A program made the translations under genes and the position numbers. A stretch of 64,000 nucleotides of DNA from an uncultured Candidatus Saccharibacteria bacterium. GTDB lineage: Bacteria > Patescibacteriota > Minisyncoccia > UBA6257 > UBA9933. The notes beneath the pieces were generated by a model. The model saw only the letters and a list, made by a program, of their open reading frames with translations. It was not told the DNA's origin and ran no database searches. The stretch covers positions 899-64,898 of the forward strand of contig CAZXNT010000003.1 in NCBI GenBank assembly GCA_964642155.1. The letters are read 5' to 3'. How positions within the stretch are numbered: the first letter of the stretch is position 1; each line of letters starts with the position of its first letter. Below, piece after piece: positions 61,816 to 64,000 of this stretch.

Positions 61816-62675
61816 GTATCCTTTCTAGTTCGATTTATCTTTTGCAGTTGAGATTGTTCCACAAGCAATCTTTTGTAAGAACCATATATTTTTATTTTTG
61901 ATTTTTTAGTGGCATGACTAAAAAAAGTTTCAAATATGCTAACCCAGTCAATAAATAATATTTTCTTGATTTCTTTATCTTCAGGAATATGTATGTTACT
62001 CAAAATAATTTTGACCTGCAGATTGCTCATTACGCTTTTTAGAGCTTCTTTAATACAAGGCTTTTGTCGCTCAAAAATATAAACCAAAAAATCTTTAAAC
62101 TGCTCTGATTTTTGTTTATCAAAAACAGGGCTCTCTCTTTTTTTAATAGATATGAAAGCCGTATCAAATTTTGGCCTAGGACTATAGTTTGACTTATCAA
62201 TATCCATGAGTAATTTTATCTCAAAATTGATATTTAAAATATGTGATAGGAGAGGAGAATGTGCGTGCGGCGCGCCTATAAATTTAACAGCGGCATCTTT
62301 CTGTATAATGAGGTAGGCAGTATATAATTTTGACTGTTCATCTGTAATTTTTCTAACAATATTCGCTGTAATATTAAAGGGGATATTAGAAACGATAATA
62401 AATGGTTCGTTTGGTGTTGTGTATTTTAAAAAATCAGCTTGGATAAGCGAAAGATTAATTACATTCGCATATCTTTTTTGTAATTCAGAAAAGAGTTTCG
62501 GATCAGCCTCAATCGCAATAATATTCTTATTTTGTTTGATAAGAATATCAGTTATAATGCCTTTACCCGGGCCAATTTCGAGAATAGTTTTAGTCGATTC
62601 AAAGTCAACAAATCCAAGCAACTTGTGAACAAGTTGCTGATTATTGATATAATTTTGTGAATCAGATAATCCCAT
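61812..62675 (-). CDS. rRNA adenine N6-methyltransferase family protein (Erm/KsgA-like)
   Basis: EIGPGKGIIT, NIPFNIT, YSPRPKFDTAFISIKKRE. Alignment to ErmC from memory is good. Whether it is Erm or KsgA cannot be resolved by eye. Confidence 0.7.
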   Translation of the reverse strand: MGLSDSQNYINNQQLVHKLLGFVDFESTKTILEIGPGKGIITDILIKQNKNIIAIEADPKLFSELQKRYANVINLSLIQADFLKYTTPNEPFIIVSNIPFNITANIVRKITDEQSKLYTAYLIIQKDAAVKFIGAPHAHSPLLSHILNINFEIKLLMDIDKSNYSPRPKFDTAFISIKKRESPVFDKQKSEQFKDFLVYIFERQKPCIKEALKSVMSNLQVKIILSNIHIPEDKEIKKILFIDWVSIFETFFSHATKKSKIKIYGSYKRLLVEQSQLQKINRTRKDT

Positions 62676-62975
62676 AGTCTTTACAAGCTATTTTAACAAA
62701 AAATTTGGTTTAATGCCATTTTTTTAAGGGAGCAATCCCCGCCGTTTTATAATATCTCCTAAAAACGGCGGGGATTTGTACGCGCACTGGGTGGGCGGGG
62801 CAAGCACGATGTATTTGAGCCTCGGATATTTCCGCTCCCACACTGATTAAAAAAGTTATTGAAGCGGCAATTATGTTTTCGGGTGTTTATATTTTATTAA
62901 CCTAAATCTATTACTTCGACAAACTCAACGAAAACTGGCATAAATAAAAATTTAAACATATAATAAATTTATTCA

Positions 62976-63260
62976 ATGATTAAAATCATAGAAAACGACA
63001 TATTCAGGGGACGGGAAAAAATCGGTTATATCCGAGGCAATGATATTTGGGAAGTCGGCGGAAATAAAATCGGCTATTATATCGGCGACGACATTTATAA
63101 TTACAAAGGCGTGAAAATCGGCTACATTGAAAACAATTACATTAAATACGAAAACGGAAACAGGAAAATCAGCTTACAGGAAGCTAAAAATAACGTTATC
63201 GGCGGGACAATTCCCGACATCTGCCGCGCGGCGATAAAACTATTATTCGGGGATAATTGA
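62976..63260 (+). CDS. small protein with four tandem ~13-aa repeats (KIGYIxGNDIW)
   Basis: Internal repeat seen in the translation. Terminator follows. Confidence 0.4.
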   Translation: MIKIIENDIFRGREKIGYIRGNDIWEVGGNKIGYYIGDDIYNYKGVKIGYIENNYIKYENGNRKISLQEAKNNVIGGTIPDICRAAIKLLFGDN

Positions 63261-63275
63261 AATATTTAAAATAAT

Positions 63276-63311
63276 AAAAAAACCGTCCCGCAATGCGGGA
63301 CGGTTTTTTTG
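63276..63311. terminator. bidirectional rho-independent terminator
   Basis: aaaaaaaccgtcccg-caat-cgggacggttttttt. Confidence 0.6.
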
Positions 63312-63672
63312 TCGGTAAGTGATAGGCCGGATTTTGTGTCTAAACGATAATTTATCTGGGTCCTTGATTACTCGCGGACTCTAGTCCTTCGATAAACTCA
63401 GGACAATAGCGGCACTCCGAACACTCAAAACGTTGAATGTTCAGTTCGGCCTTGCGCTTAGTAAGGATTTAGCCGTTTCACTCCTGTTTTTTTGTCCCTA
63501 TACAGGATTAAGCCATTTAGCTTGGGATTAGGCTTCCCCTCGGCTTTCGCCTCGGGACGTCACTGCTCGCACCTCTCGCATTACTGCGGCTCCGCTGTTA
63601 GCGGGGTACTTCCATAAGCGTCCGGACCTTCCTCTCCGACTTTTACGTCAGAGCTATCGTTTCCTTACCGAT
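63312..63672 (-). ncRNA. rnpB: RNase P RNA (bacterial type), candidate
   Basis: Minus strand contains GGAAGGUCCGGAC (P4-like), ACAGGAGUGAAACGGCU and AGCGCAAGGCCGAACUGAACAUUC. 5' and 3' ends (UCGGUAAG / CUUACCGA) can pair as P1. TTGACA-N16-TATAAT promoter just upstream, terminator downstream. Confidence 0.55.
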
Positions 63673-63702
63673 TTAATCATTATACTAATCTTTAACGGTT
63701 TG

Positions 63703-64000
63703 TCAAAATAACCCAACTTGGCTGTTCAATTCCCTATTCACCAACCAATCGGCTTTTTTATTTTCCTCGCGCGGGATATGGATAAAATTCACTTTCCCAA
63801 AATCCTGCTTTAAATTCCAAATCTCAATAAAAAACGGGATTAGGCTTTTTTCTTTGATTTTATATTTTCCGCTTAATTGATTAACAATCAATTCGCTGTC
63901 CATTTTTATTTCAATTTCCATTTTTTCCGCTTTTTTCCCGCCAATCAGATGTTTTATTTTTTTCAAAGTGAAAATCGCCGATTGGTATTCCGCTTCATTA
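63703..64000 (-). CDS. ribonuclease H (RNase HI-like), N-terminus beyond window end
   Basis: NEAEYQSAIFTL and C-terminal HIPREENKKADWL. The frame stays open to position 64000. Confidence 0.6.
   Translation of the reverse strand, partial: NEAEYQSAIFTLKKIKHLIGGKKAEKMEIEIKMDSELIVNQLSGKYKIKEKSLIPFFIEIWNLKQDFGKVNFIHIPREENKKADWLVNRELNSQVGLF

Overview
AT-rich bacterial chromosomal window in which nearly all genes are on the minus strand. Gene content and style suggest a Candidate Phyla Radiation / Patescibacteria-like genome: compact housekeeping operons, a prepilin-like protein, three small ArsR-type regulators and long insertions in conserved proteins. Core genes recognised include rnj, secG, polX, a clpC-like gene, clpP, hppA, nusA, trmD, rpsP, smc-like, rnc, nusB, rpmF, tmk, eno, ppsA, greA, murI, ileS and rmuC. 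Two tRNAs (Leu-CAG, Gln-CTG) and an RNase P RNA are present. The most striking element is a complete diversity-generating retroelement (DGR) on the minus strand: a 601-aa target gene (29782..31587) whose C-terminal variable repeat (VR, ~29794..29928) matches a template repeat (TR, ~29333..29465) with about 22 mismatches, all at TR adenines. Next to it are an Avd-like four-helix-bundle gene on the opposite strand (28915..29313) and a DGR-type reverse transcriptase (27943..28833, motifs LGNLTSQ and YADD). The RT N-terminus is separated from its body by an in-frame TGA and overlaps a (CT)9 microsatellite. Other notable points are listed below.
- Three genes are interrupted by single in-frame stop codons (dut TAA, DGR RT TGA, a GT2 gene TAA), and one by an A5T5 frameshift.
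- IleRS carries a ~200-aa inserted histidine-phosphatase (PGAM-like, RHGE) domain.
- A family of 36-bp palindromic elements flanks ArsR paralogs, and one copy is inserted in frame inside trmD.
- A repeated structured element shows stem covariation (two copies).
- A near-identical leaderless promoter is duplicated upstream of two genes.
- A thymidylate cluster contains an unusually long (500 aa) ThyA-like protein and a T4-type dNMP kinase.
- A glycosyltransferase/Erm-like island lies downstream of tRNA-Gln, with a G8TG7 tract.
No CRISPR array or rRNA gene was seen.
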